DNA of 47,860 bases, from assembly GCA_015523325.1 (NCBI GenBank), contig WAKO01000015.1:75812-123671 (forward strand), given 5' to 3'. The notes beneath the pieces were generated by a model. It saw only the letters and a list, made by a program, of their open reading frames with translations. It was not told the origin of the DNA and did not search any database. This DNA is from Candidatus Micrarchaeota archaeon. GTDB taxonomy: Archaea; Micrarchaeota; Micrarchaeia; Anstonellales; J096. The translations under genes and the position numbers were made by a program. Shown here one piece after another: positions 1 to 10,129 of the stretch (the stretch's first letter is position 1; every line of letters starts with the position of its first letter).

Positions 1-85
1 TTGCTCTAACATCTTCTCTTGTTTAATCTTTTTATTAGAAATCTTTTTAAACCTTAGTGCTTGTTTATTGTGTTTTTGTGGGGAA

Positions 86-268
86 AGGTGTGGAGGGAAT
101 AGCCTCCCTTCTGTTTTGCGGCATTTATCTATACTCCTTTTCATTGCTTATCCTGCAGCCGTTTCACTACTTACGTTTCTGTTCTGCAGGAACTCCCTTA
201 AGGAGGTCTAAGCTCCAAGGGGGAGAACTTCCTCCCTCAAAAGAGGGTTAACCGCTCCCTCCACACCT
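86..268 (-). ncRNA. rnpB: RNase P RNA, highly reduced (~183 nt)
   Basis: GC-rich island. 13-bp terminal helix (86-98 with 256-268). Minus strand shows CR-I GAGGAAGUUCUCCC, CR-V ACAGAAGGGAGGCUA, CR-II AACAGAAAC and CR-III UGAAAC. TATA-like element about 25 nt upstream. Confidence 0.88.
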
Positions 269-370
269 ATTAATTATTTGCACAGTTGGTAATTAAAAAC
301 ATTTTGAAAATAATATGCTAAGTAGTGCTTTTGCAATGCTTTTGAAGAATAAGGAAAAAGAGGTGAGGGC

Positions 371-544
371 ATGGCGATAATAAAAGAAGGTTCAAAGGTT
401 TTAATAATAAGAGGGGCTGATGCTGGAAAAAAAGGAGAAGTAATTGAAGTAAAGAAGGAAAAAGGAAAAGGAGTTATGCTAAAAATAAAGCTGGAGAATG
501 GAAAGGAAAGAAGAATAAACCTACTTCATGTTGAGCCTCTCTAA
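371..544 (+). CDS. rpl14e: 50S ribosomal protein L14e (57 aa, KOW motif); missing from the ORF track
   Basis: MAIIKEGSKVLIIRGADAGKKGEVIEV...RRINLLHVEPL matches the L14e pattern (G.DAG KOW motif, RR.N..H.EP). SD GAGGTGA upstream. Confidence 0.8.
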   Translation: MAIIKEGSKVLIIRGADAGKKGEVIEVKKEKGKGVMLKIKLENGKERRINLLHVEPL

Positions 545-556
545 AGCGCTGAAAAG

Positions 557-1312
557 CTAATCTAAAGCCAACAGAAGCTTTGAGAGGTTTGGGAAAAAGA
601 GGAGGTTTTTTCCCTCCTCTTCTATAGCATAAGCAAACGCTCTCTCCAAATCTTTTTTTTCAAGAGATTTTAAGTAAGGACTCTTAAATCCATTCCTTAT
701 ATCATTTCCCCTAGAAAGCTTGTTAAACGCAGGCATTACTAATAGGTTTTCAAAGCAAAGGAAAAGAGGTAATTTAAACCTAGCCCCTACTTCATCCCTT
801 AAGGTTAGGGAAGGATGCTCATCACCAATTATTAAGAAATGCTTTTTTGTTTCTAATTCAAACCTCTTATCTCCATGAAGAATTAAGAAGTCAGAGAGCT
901 TAAAATACTCACAAACCTCTACTTCAGTTTTTCTAAATATGTTTTTTAGATAAAAATCATGGTTTCCTTTTATGGCTATTATCTTTTCTAAAGCTGAGGA
1001 TCTAGTTATTTCCTCTACAAACAAAACCAACTCATGCCATTCTTGAGTTATTTCTTTGGAGAAGCTATGCTTTAGGTCTCCATTAAGTACAAGCATTTTT
1101 GGCTCATAATCATTTATTAAGGAAAGTGCTCTATCAATCATCTCCTTTGTTTGCACTCTAATTCCAACTAAACTTGTTTCCTCTATTCCTATATGAAGAT
1201 CGCTAAAAATAAGGACTTTCTCATTTTTTATAAAAACAGCTCTCCTCCAATCTAAGATTAATCCATTATCAAGCTCAACCATTTCTTTAGCGATTTTCTT
1301 CAATCCAATCAC
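557..1312 (-). CDS. Lhr-associated metallophosphoesterase (calcineurin-like)
   Basis: SDLHIG, NGDLKH, GNHD, EHP and MPAF motifs; lies directly downstream of lhr. Confidence 0.85.
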   Translation of the reverse strand: MIGLKKIAKEMVELDNGLILDWRRAVFIKNEKVLIFSDLHIGIEETSLVGIRVQTKEMIDRALSLINDYEPKMLVLNGDLKHSFSKEITQEWHELVLFVEEITRSSALEKIIAIKGNHDFYLKNIFRKTEVEVCEYFKLSDFLILHGDKRFELETKKHFLIIGDEHPSLTLRDEVGARFKLPLFLCFENLLVMPAFNKLSRGNDIRNGFKSPYLKSLEKKDLERAFAYAIEEEGKNLLFFPNLSKLLLALD

Positions 1313-1319
1313 ACTCTAG

Positions 1320-3950
1320 CTACAAACCTTCAAGCTTCTCCATTAACTTTTTATGAAGCTCCATTATTATTCTTTTCTTATCCTCTCCCAAAACCACGTC
1401 ACTTGAGGAAGAAACAACCAAATTAAATGAAAATGGAGTTGGAACACTTAGCTCTCTTAAGAAAACCAACTTCCTCTTCTTAATTTTATTTAAATAATCC
1501 AACGCCTCATCAATATGCATAGCTATTTCAAATATCTCCCTATATGTTTCCTCTAGAATAGGAAAATCAGGATAGTAATGCCTTACAAGCTTTAACAACC
1601 CATCAGCACTCAACTGCTGTTTGAAGAGAGTTAACTCCCCCTTCCTCTTCGGATATCTCCTGAGTATTGCCAATCCCCTAACAGCAACTTGCCTAAACTT
1701 CCTCCTAAGCAATTCTGTTCCTTCTAATGAATTTTTTAATATTTTTTCAAACTCTTGCTCCTCATTTAAAGAGAGAAGTGATTTTATTTCCTTCTCTGAA
1801 ATTCTTTTAAAGCGAGGTAATGTGAGCATAACTCCATAATCATTAAAGCTAACTCTTATTGAACAAGCTTTTTTTGAAGCTAAAATATATGCAAAGGCTC
1901 TTGCCAAAGCTTCATTTGCTTTTCTTCCACAAAGGGTGTGGAAAATATAGTTATTGTTTTTTTGCTCATCAATGTAGTGCTCTACCAAAAAAACATCCCT
2001 TCCTGGAACTACTGCATAAAGCATTTGCTCTCTTATATAATTAAAGATTGCCTCTGCCGTTCTCTTGCTTATATCATAAATCTTTTGCAATTCCTCAACA
2101 ACCTTTTTCTTTTCTTTTTTTAACAAAATTAGTTCTTCAACCTCTTTTCTAAACTCCTCAATGTCTAAAGCAACTTCATAACTCAAAGGTAACATCTCAG
2201 AGAACCAAGAAGGAATTGTGGGTCTTTTTCCCTCCACCACATCAACATAAACGGTATTTCCTCTAGAATAAACAAACTCATAAGTTTTTCCTCCTAAAAC
2301 AAATATGTCCCCTTGAACCAATCTTTCTGCAAACTCCTCCTCAACCTTTCCTATGTATTTTCCAGCCCTACTCACAACTTTTACATAACTCTCATCAGGA
2401 ATTGTCCCAATGTTCATTAAGTAAATTGCTCTTCCCAGCTTTCCTCTCTTCCCAAATTCCTCTCCTTCTCTCCAAATCTTTGCATAAACATTCCTAGCTT
2501 CTAGCTCTTCATAAGCCCCAGCTAAAAAGTTTAACACTCTTTCAAACTCTTCTAAGCTTAAATTCCTATAAGGATAAGCTCTCCTAACCAATTCAAAAGC
2601 TTCCTTAACTTTTCTCTTCTTTTCCAAAGCCATTCCCAAAATGTGTTGGCTAAGCACATCCAATGGCTTGTTAGGAATCCTTATCTTATCAAATCTCTTT
2701 TCCAAAGCATTCCTGGCTATTATCAAATCCTCCACCATATCATCCCTATCAAGCACAACCATAACCCCATAAGATTTTTCATGTAAGCGATGCCCACTCC
2801 TCCCTATTCTTTGGAGAGCTCTTGAAACACTTTTTGGAGAACCAAGCAAAATAACCAAATCTATACTACCTATATCTATCCCTAACTCTAAAGAGGTGGA
2901 GCTTACCACAACCTTTAATTCTCCTCTCTTTAACTTTTCCTCAACATCAAGTCTCTTCTCCCTACTTAAACTAGAATGATGAGCGGCTACGAGGTTTTCA
3001 AACTTTGATTTTAACTGAAAAGAAACTCTCTCAGTTGCACTTCTAGTATTTGTAAATATCAAAGTTGTTTGATGTTCTTCAATAAGCTCCTCCAACAAAG
3101 CATAAAGCTTTTTTTGTTGCTCCTCAAAAGGAGTGTAAATAAAATCATTTACAGGGCTCTCAACTTTTATCTCAATTTCCTTAACCATACTAACATCAAC
3201 TATCTTACAACTCCTATTAGTTCCAACCAAAAACTTGGCCACTTCCTCCAAAGGGGAAACAGTAGCACTAAGCCCTATCCTTATTGCTGGTTTTTCAAGC
3301 TTCTCCTCAATTCTTTCCAAAGTTAGGGAGAGGTGGGCTCCTCTCTTATTATCTGCTAAAGCATGTATCTCATCAACTATGAGATATTTAACTCCCTCAT
3401 AAAGCAAGGAGAACTTTGAAGAGTTTAGAGAAATTGAAAGACTTTCTGGAGTGGTTATTAGGATGTGAGGGGGCTTTTTTAACATCTTAGATTTTTGATA
3501 GGAAGTAGTGTCACTAGTTCTTATTGAAACCCTTATCCCCAACTTTCCAAATAGCTTTTCTAACTCCCTTATAGGATCTTCTAAATTTCTTCTTATGTCA
3601 TTGTTTAAAGACCTAAGAGGAGAGACATAAACTGCATAAATCTTATCCTCTAACTTTGAGGATTTTTTAAGCTTAATTAGCTCATTAAGAATTGCCATAA
3701 AAGCAGAGAGGGTTTTACCACTTCCTGTAGGAGAGCTTATCAAAACGTTTTCTCCCTTATGAATTTCATAAATAGCATATCTTTGAGGAGGAGTGAAAGA
3801 TTTATACTTCTTTTTAAACCAAAAAGCTATCTCCTCCTCAAGTATCTCATAGATTTCTTCATCTTTTTTTGGTTCTTTTAAAAATTCAATAGTAGGTTTA
3901 GAGAATAATTTTTTGTTTTTGAGGTTTGAGGATTTTTCCATTTTTTCCAT
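1320..3950 (-). CDS. lhr: ATP-dependent helicase Lhr (Lhr-core, SF2)
   Basis: PTGSGKT, DEIH, SAT, AHHSSL, LELGID and QRIGRSGH motifs, plus GTIPD and IPSWFSE. Confidence 0.95.
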   Translation of the reverse strand: MEKMEKSSNLKNKKLFSKPTIEFLKEPKKDEEIYEILEEEIAFWFKKKYKSFTPPQRYAIYEIHKGENVLISSPTGSGKTLSAFMAILNELIKLKKSSKLEDKIYAVYVSPLRSLNNDIRRNLEDPIRELEKLFGKLGIRVSIRTSDTTSYQKSKMLKKPPHILITTPESLSISLNSSKFSLLYEGVKYLIVDEIHALADNKRGAHLSLTLERIEEKLEKPAIRIGLSATVSPLEEVAKFLVGTNRSCKIVDVSMVKEIEIKVESPVNDFIYTPFEEQQKKLYALLEELIEEHQTTLIFTNTRSATERVSFQLKSKFENLVAAHHSSLSREKRLDVEEKLKRGELKVVVSSTSLELGIDIGSIDLVILLGSPKSVSRALQRIGRSGHRLHEKSYGVMVVLDRDDMVEDLIIARNALEKRFDKIRIPNKPLDVLSQHILGMALEKKRKVKEAFELVRRAYPYRNLSLEEFERVLNFLAGAYEELEARNVYAKIWREGEEFGKRGKLGRAIYLMNIGTIPDESYVKVVSRAGKYIGKVEEEFAERLVQGDIFVLGGKTYEFVYSRGNTVYVDVVEGKRPTIPSWFSEMLPLSYEVALDIEEFRKEVEELILLKKEKKKVVEELQKIYDISKRTAEAIFNYIREQMLYAVVPGRDVFLVEHYIDEQKNNNYIFHTLCGRKANEALARAFAYILASKKACSIRVSFNDYGVMLTLPRFKRISEKEIKSLLSLNEEQEFEKILKNSLEGTELLRRKFRQVAVRGLAILRRYPKRKGELTLFKQQLSADGLLKLVRHYYPDFPILEETYREIFEIAMHIDEALDYLNKIKKRKLVFLRELSVPTPFSFNLVVSSSSDVVLGEDKKRIIMELHKKLMEKLEGL

Positions 3951-3997
3951 ATTGGTGGAATAACTTTATAAAATTTCGTAGCCAAGAATGGTATTAA

Positions 3998-5212
3998 ATG
4001 TACATAAGCGAGATAATGGCTTCTTATTCAGCATTAATAGGTTATGGAATGGGGATTGCATTATTTTTTGGAGTTGCTATTTATCTGATCTCTAAGATAT
4101 TAGAAAACCCAGAGCTACAAGCAAAAGGAAAAGAATACATAATGACAACCTTGGAGGGAGGAGGAATAATAGTTTTGCTTTTGTTAGTAGATTTTATAAT
4201 AAAGGAGGTAATGACAGTTTTGCTTTGTGAAAGTTGTTCTCCTTATTTAATGGCAAAACTAGCTTTAGAGAGAGTAATGGACCTGATAACTTCTGTTTAT
4301 TTTTCCCTTTATTTATTTGATGTTATAGTAGGGCCTTTTATACAAAGCTCATTAACAACTCCTACTCTAAAAATTGGCATATTCTCTGCCTCTATGGAGT
4401 TCCTTCCTCTTGCAGGATTGGATGTAATTATGGAGCTCTACTACATATTAACAAATTATACATTTGACATAACTCTAATAGCATTAGGTAGAATGGCTAT
4501 AGTTGAGTTGGCTCCAGCAATAGGGGTGTTCCTTCTTCCTCTTGGAATTATACTTAGATTTCTTCCATCAACAAAGAGGACAGGAGGGGCCATAATAGCG
4601 TTAGTTCTGTCCTTTATATATGTCTTCCCTCTTTCCATATTATTCTCAGATTATTTGATTTATGAGGTGGGTGGAGTTTATTCCCCTGGCATTGGAGACC
4701 CTACATTAGGGGATTTTGAAATAACTGGAAAAGACCTTAATTCTCTACCTACTACAAGGGAAAAGGGAGAAGAAATTTCTAAGATAACTCCTCCCAAAGA
4801 AGCAATCTCTCCTGAGCAGCTTGCTGAGAGTGCCTCTGGAAGGGCCCTAAAAGAGTTGGAAGGAGAGCTAATTGGAGTTCTATTAATTTCTGGTATTAAT
4901 GGAATAGGGGCGTTGATAAGTTGGGTTGGAGCTGGAGGGGCCTTTTCACCACAATTAAGAAGCCTTTATGTTACTGGAATTGTCATTCAAGTTATATCCT
5001 CTTCCTTATTAGTTAGCTTACTAAACCCATTCAAATGGAACCTAATAATCATATCAGCTCTTTTCATCTATATTTCTTTATTGGCAAAAGTATTGGTTAT
5101 AACTATAATAACATTCGTTTTAGAAATAATAATAACCATTACTTTCTTTAGAGCATTTTCCAGCTTTTTAGGAGGAGATTCATCACTGTTGGGATTAACA
5201 AGGCTTGTTTAG
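3998..5212 (+). CDS. Polytopic membrane protein, paralog 1 of 6 (CedA/VirB6-like)
   Basis: Multiple TM segments; LPLGIILRFLPSTKRTGGAIIALVLSFIYVFP motif; C-terminus FLGGDSSLLGLTRLV. Family call is inference. Confidence 0.6.
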   Translation: MYISEIMASYSALIGYGMGIALFFGVAIYLISKILENPELQAKGKEYIMTTLEGGGIIVLLLLVDFIIKEVMTVLLCESCSPYLMAKLALERVMDLITSVYFSLYLFDVIVGPFIQSSLTTPTLKIGIFSASMEFLPLAGLDVIMELYYILTNYTFDITLIALGRMAIVELAPAIGVFLLPLGIILRFLPSTKRTGGAIIALVLSFIYVFPLSILFSDYLIYEVGGVYSPGIGDPTLGDFEITGKDLNSLPTTREKGEEISKITPPKEAISPEQLAESASGRALKELEGELIGVLLISGINGIGALISWVGAGGAFSPQLRSLYVTGIVIQVISSSLLVSLLNPFKWNLIIISALFIYISLLAKVLVITIITFVLEIIITITFFRAFSSFLGGDSSLLGLTRLV

Positions 5213-5224
5213 GAGGTTAGAGAA

Positions 5225-6226
5225 ATGCTTCAAATAGTAATTACAGAATTCCTTCCTGTGTTTTACATCCTAGTTTTCATATCCTTCCTAATAATGTTAC
5301 TTAGGTATCTTGGAGGAAAAATACTGAAAAGGGAGGAAGATGTTGTTTATTTGAAGATAGAGCTTTCTGAGTTGTTAAAATCACTCCTAATCCTAATTTT
5401 GTTAGCTAGCTTCTACCAAGTAACAACCTCTTTTGTGATGTTTTATTATGATTCAATAGAAGGATTTATCCCTCAAGAAATAAGACAGCTAACACAAAAT
5501 AAGGATTTAATTGAGATTACTAAGCTTTATTTACTCCTAACTCTAAATAAACTACAAGATATTGTTGTATTTTTAAGTGAAATACTCCACCAAATGGAAT
5601 TATTTTCAGAAGCTATAGCAAGAGTTGGAGCTGGAGGGGCTTTGGCTATTGAAACTCCTCTCTTTATAGGGGCTGATATATTTAAGGATGCGGTGAGATT
5701 GGTGCTAACAGCTTCTATAATAGGGTTAATAAGTGTCAACGCACAGCTAATTGCTATAAGTATAATAAAAGAGATAAGCATCTACTTCCTATTTCCTGCT
5801 GGATTTATACTAAGGCTATTTCCACAAACAAGGAGTGTGGGAAATGAACTGATAAGCTTAGGAATCGTGGCTATGGTTTTGATTCCTTTTCTTTATACAT
5901 GGTTTTATACCTACTCAATAGAGATATTTAAATTACATGAAAACCATCCTAATGAAGAGTGGGAAAATCCTTTGTTAGAAAATGAAGAAGAAGGGTTCAA
6001 AGCAATTATAAATAAAGGAATAAAAGCTCTTGAAAAAGTGGCGTTGATAACAACTAGCTTATACCTATTAATTCCAATAAACTTCATAAAACTACTTGAA
6101 CCCCTAACAATTCTCCTATTTTTTGCAGTAGCTCTTCCAACCTTTGTGGTTACAATAGCTGGGTCATTAACAAGAGGAATAGCTGAGTTCCTTGAGAGCG
6201 ATATTAGGATAAGTTTTATGAGTTGA
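5225..6226 (+). CDS. Polytopic membrane protein, paralog 2 of 6 (CedA/VirB6-like)
   Basis: FPAGFILRLFPQTRSVGNELISLG motif; SD AGGAGG. Confidence 0.6.
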   Translation: MLQIVITEFLPVFYILVFISFLIMLLRYLGGKILKREEDVVYLKIELSELLKSLLILILLASFYQVTTSFVMFYYDSIEGFIPQEIRQLTQNKDLIEITKLYLLLTLNKLQDIVVFLSEILHQMELFSEAIARVGAGGALAIETPLFIGADIFKDAVRLVLTASIIGLISVNAQLIAISIIKEISIYFLFPAGFILRLFPQTRSVGNELISLGIVAMVLIPFLYTWFYTYSIEIFKLHENHPNEEWENPLLENEEEGFKAIINKGIKALEKVALITTSLYLLIPINFIKLLEPLTILLFFAVALPTFVVTIAGSLTRGIAEFLESDIRISFMS

Positions 6227-6309
6227 GGTAATTTAATTTAGAGATATATTAAGATAACTATAAATAAAGTTGTGTTAAAATATGTATTAAGAAAAAGCAA
6301 GGGATAGGA

Positions 6310-7608
6310 ATGCAAGAGATAGTTGGTATAGGAGTTGGAATATCAATAGCTATAATTGCTCTATCATATTTAATTGGAAAATTAATAGGAGAAGGAAAAT
6401 ACATCGCATTTGCAAAAAATCAGTTGGCAGAAATAGTTTTTGTAGCAATCCTGTTCTTTTCCTATAGTGCGTTTAACATATTTGTTGAAGAGATAGTTAA
6501 ATCAACAACTCCTCTATCCTATCAACAATGTGAAGAATTAAAGCAAAACCCAACATTGGATATTTATGTTCCTAAAAATGTAGATTGTGGTATTGGAAGC
6601 TCCTTAGTTTTAGTTGGAAATTTATTTGTAGAGGCAAAGTACTTAATTCTCCAATTGGCTACAATACAAGCTGGAAATGGAGTTATTGAATCTTTAGGCT
6701 ATGAAAAGCCACCTTCAGGAGGAGTAGCAATAAAAGGAAAAATTCCTGGTATTGCTGCTAGTGCCACTCTAATAAGTATAAACATAAAGACAATTCTAAA
6801 TTATTTGTTTAATGCTGTAATAATACTCTTTGTGCAAAGAGAGATAATTCTATTCATGATATTTTCAGGGCCTGCAATATTTAGCTTAGGGCTGGTTTTA
6901 AGGCTTTTCCCAGTTTTAAGGAGAGTGGGAGGGCTCTTAATGGCCATTGCCCTCTCCTTTATTGTCGTTGTTCCTTTAGTTTATACTCTCTTCAACTCCC
7001 TTTATTTAGCTTTTCCTGAAACACCAAATGCATTTAAAGAAGGAATAAGGCTTGTTAGAGTTCACATAAACCTTGTGGAAGAAGATCTTATGAGGGATCT
7101 TTTTGATGAAAAAAATATCTTTGAAGAAGAAGAAAAACTTAGAAAGGAAATAGTTGAAGGTAATTATGAAGAAATTGTGAAAGGAAATATTACTGAAATA
7201 GAGGGAGTAAGGAGAGAAGTAAGCAATAGAGGGCTAAAAGTTATTATAAAAAACGTTATAAATAATGTAATAGAGGCGTTTGAAGTTACGGTTGATTTGT
7301 TTGGAAAAGTGTTGGATATGATTGTGGAAGGTTTTAGATTTATATTCAAACTAATAAAGTTTGTTATCTTTGTGGAGGGAATGTTCTTTATTAACACAAA
7401 TATAATTATTAAGAATCTATACCTATTCTGGACAGATAATTTGCCTATAAATAATTTTGATATAGTTATTGAAGACACAGCAAATATAATGCTTTTCTCC
7501 TATCTAATGACTTTTGTTGTTGCAATAAGCACAATAGCTTTTATAAAAGAAGTTTCTCCTTTATTAGGAGGGGATATTGAGATAGCGGGTTTGACTAGGT
7601 TTATATGA
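6310..7608 (+). CDS. Polytopic membrane protein, paralog 3 of 6 (CedA/VirB6-like)
   Basis: FSLGLVLRLFPVLRRVGGLLMAIALSFIVVVP motif; C-terminus LLGGDIEIAGLTRFI. Confidence 0.6.
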   Translation: MQEIVGIGVGISIAIIALSYLIGKLIGEGKYIAFAKNQLAEIVFVAILFFSYSAFNIFVEEIVKSTTPLSYQQCEELKQNPTLDIYVPKNVDCGIGSSLVLVGNLFVEAKYLILQLATIQAGNGVIESLGYEKPPSGGVAIKGKIPGIAASATLISINIKTILNYLFNAVIILFVQREIILFMIFSGPAIFSLGLVLRLFPVLRRVGGLLMAIALSFIVVVPLVYTLFNSLYLAFPETPNAFKEGIRLVRVHINLVEEDLMRDLFDEKNIFEEEEKLRKEIVEGNYEEIVKGNITEIEGVRREVSNRGLKVIIKNVINNVIEAFEVTVDLFGKVLDMIVEGFRFIFKLIKFVIFVEGMFFINTNIIIKNLYLFWTDNLPINNFDIVIEDTANIMLFSYLMTFVVAISTIAFIKEVSPLLGGDIEIAGLTRFI

Positions 7609-7618
7609 GGGAAAGGTT

Positions 7619-8827
7619 ATGAGAACAAAAGTAGTTATAACACTCATAGCTTTGATTCTAATAATGGGGATTGGGTTTGCACAACAAAGCCCCGGAAACC
7701 AAAATTATTTTGGAGAATGGATAACAGATCCTGCCTCAAGCATAATTGGAGATTTAAGCTTTGATTCCTGCTACTCCAGAGCAGTTAAAGGAGGAATAGC
7801 CCAAACCCTATTCACAAACTCATTCATAGCTATAATGATATCTTTTCTAATTTATGTCTTCTTCTACCTAACAGCTAAAATAGCAGGAAATGAGAATGCA
7901 GGAGTTATTTTAACAACAAAGCTCTCAACACTAGGAACGCTCATATTCTTTATTTTAATAACAACCATAGCCTACTCCACTTTATATGAAAATAATGGAA
8001 TATGGCAAAAATACCAAAGGAATGCTTTTGAATACAACACTAAATTAATCCTAACAGCAGCAACCTATAGCTTTCCAGTAATTATAGCAAATTACTTTTA
8101 TTTTGCAATCTATAATTTCCAACTTCCTTTAACAACTGGAAGAAATAATGTAATAGGATTTCAATTAAGTATTGGACCTTTGTTCAAACCTCTAATAGAT
8201 ATTGCCACAACACTTTCCAGCTATTTAACAACAGTTATGGGTGTTTTTATAGGAAGGCAATACTTCCTTTGCTTAATAACTTCTAGCTTTATTACAATAC
8301 TATTTCCTATAGGTGTTTTCTTTAGAGCTTTTAACGTAACAAAAGGAATTGGAGCAACTCTCATGGCTCTTTCCTTAGCCTTCTCCATAATTTATCCCCT
8401 TCTCCTTTCCTTTAACTATGCTATTTTTGAGAGTTTAGGGACATATGACTTGGGGTTAGCTAAAACCGAAGCTTTTGGAAACTTAAATGCTTTGCTTGGA
8501 ATTATTGGAGGAGGAATTACAGTTGGAACAATAGCTGTAGCTGTTGGAAAGGCTTATGCAGCAATTTTCTCTCAATTAAATTCTTTAGGGATAACGCAAG
8601 CGTTTTTCTCTGCTCTTTACACTCCATTTTTAACTATTATGGGGCTACTCTCAATAGCTATAACAGGAATAATGATAGAGATTTACATTGGATTAATAAA
8701 TCTTCTATTGATTTATGGTTTAATACTGCCTATAGTTAATTTTTACATAACTCTGCTATTAGCTAAAGACCTTTCCAAGGCCCTTGGGGCAGAGATGGAC
8801 TTTTCAGCATTCCTAAGGCTAATTTGA
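7619..8827 (+). CDS. Polytopic membrane protein, paralog 4 of 6, with signal-peptide-like N-terminus
   Basis: FPIGVFFRAFNVTKGIGATLMALSLAFSIIYP motif; C-terminus LGAEMDFSAFLRLI. Confidence 0.6.
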   Translation: MRTKVVITLIALILIMGIGFAQQSPGNQNYFGEWITDPASSIIGDLSFDSCYSRAVKGGIAQTLFTNSFIAIMISFLIYVFFYLTAKIAGNENAGVILTTKLSTLGTLIFFILITTIAYSTLYENNGIWQKYQRNAFEYNTKLILTAATYSFPVIIANYFYFAIYNFQLPLTTGRNNVIGFQLSIGPLFKPLIDIATTLSSYLTTVMGVFIGRQYFLCLITSSFITILFPIGVFFRAFNVTKGIGATLMALSLAFSIIYPLLLSFNYAIFESLGTYDLGLAKTEAFGNLNALLGIIGGGITVGTIAVAVGKAYAAIFSQLNSLGITQAFFSALYTPFLTIMGLLSIAITGIMIEIYIGLINLLLIYGLILPIVNFYITLLLAKDLSKALGAEMDFSAFLRLI

Positions 8828-10122
8828 GGGGAAAAATGAGCGCTATACTCCAATTCATAGGAAGGGTTGCAGGAGCCCTAATAGATATCCCAACAATATT
8901 TATAGTGATCTATTCCTTCCAAAAGCTTATTGAAGAAACATTGCAAAAGGACTTCTCAAAACCATTAATATCTCTCTCCATTTGTGATGATTATGGATTA
9001 GGACTGTTAGAGGGAGAATTTGGGTTAGGAGGAATAATTGGGCTAGTTGCTCTTGCATTTTTTGTTAGTGTTGGAATAGCTGTAATAAAATACCTCTTAG
9101 GATATTTGCTTGAGAATAAAAGATACATAGCATTTCTAAAAACAGAGCTAATAGATTTAGTTTTTGTTTATCTCTTCGTGCTAGCAGGGATAGGGACATT
9201 AAAGCTTTTGTGTTTTATAAACGTGGATGCTTTTGGCGCAAGCTCAAATGGTGTGGAGCTAAATGTTTATGAGTATGCTTTTGCCTCTCTTCAAGCTATA
9301 AAGAAATACTCATTCAACTTATTAGGAGTAAACTCAGTTTTAGCTATAGCTGGATTGTTTTTAATGAAGATAAGTGTTGCAAACAATCTTTTTGGAGGAA
9401 TTGCTCTTCCTGTTTTTTCAGGACTTTCCTTCTTACTAAGGCCTGCTATTTCCACCTCCCTAATAGCTGGAACCTTGGCTTATATGTTTTATACACTTCA
9501 AATATTTGCTTATGAGTTCTTTACTTATGGAGGAATTAAGTACCTCCTTCCTTTAGGAATAATAATGAGAGCTTTTTCTCCATTAAAAAAGGTAGGTGCT
9601 ATATTAATAGGATTTTCTCTAGGGGCTAGCATAGTTTTAAGTGTTGTTTGGGGAGTAGCTTATGCCTCAATCCAACCAATAATAGGAAATAACTTAGAGG
9701 TTGTTGTTAAAGGAGAAACAACCACAGGTTTTGAAGTTGAAATGGACTTAAGAACTGGGAGAGAATTCTTAGAGGTTAGGTTTATTTCTGATTTAGCTGA
9801 TAAGTTAGAGCAAGAAGCAGAGGAAGTTAAAAATAAAGTAGAGTGCTATGTTGATGCTCCTACAGGAAGCTACATTTGTACAGGAGAGGAGACGTATGAG
9901 TTTATTCAAATAAAAGAGAGATTTGCAGAGGAAAATGAGAGAAATATTAGTAACTTAGTTAAAAGTGTATTTAGATGGGTGTTCTTTTCTCTTGGGGCTT
10001 TTGCGATAATATTAATAATACTCCCAATAATTACAACACTATTGATGATAGGAGGAATTAGGTTTTTCTCAGCGTTCTTTGGATTAGAGCTAGATATATC
10101 AAATCTTACAAAAGTAGTTTAG
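8824..10122 (+). CDS. Polytopic membrane protein, paralog 5 of 6 (start may be the ATG at 8836)
   Basis: LPLGIIMRAFSPLKKVGAILIGFSLG motif; C-terminus FGLELDISNLTKVV. Confidence 0.6.
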   Translation: MRGKMSAILQFIGRVAGALIDIPTIFIVIYSFQKLIEETLQKDFSKPLISLSICDDYGLGLLEGEFGLGGIIGLVALAFFVSVGIAVIKYLLGYLLENKRYIAFLKTELIDLVFVYLFVLAGIGTLKLLCFINVDAFGASSNGVELNVYEYAFASLQAIKKYSFNLLGVNSVLAIAGLFLMKISVANNLFGGIALPVFSGLSFLLRPAISTSLIAGTLAYMFYTLQIFAYEFFTYGGIKYLLPLGIIMRAFSPLKKVGAILIGFSLGASIVLSVVWGVAYASIQPIIGNNLEVVVKGETTTGFEVEMDLRTGREFLEVRFISDLADKLEQEAEEVKNKVECYVDAPTGSYICTGEETYEFIQIKERFAEENERNISNLVKSVFRWVFFSLGAFAIILIILPIITTLLMIGGIRFFSAFFGLELDISNLTKVV

Positions 10123-10129
10123 GGATAGC

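Noticed and set aside
57-251. 64-aa ORF
   Set aside because: Antisense to the RNase P RNA; atypical composition.
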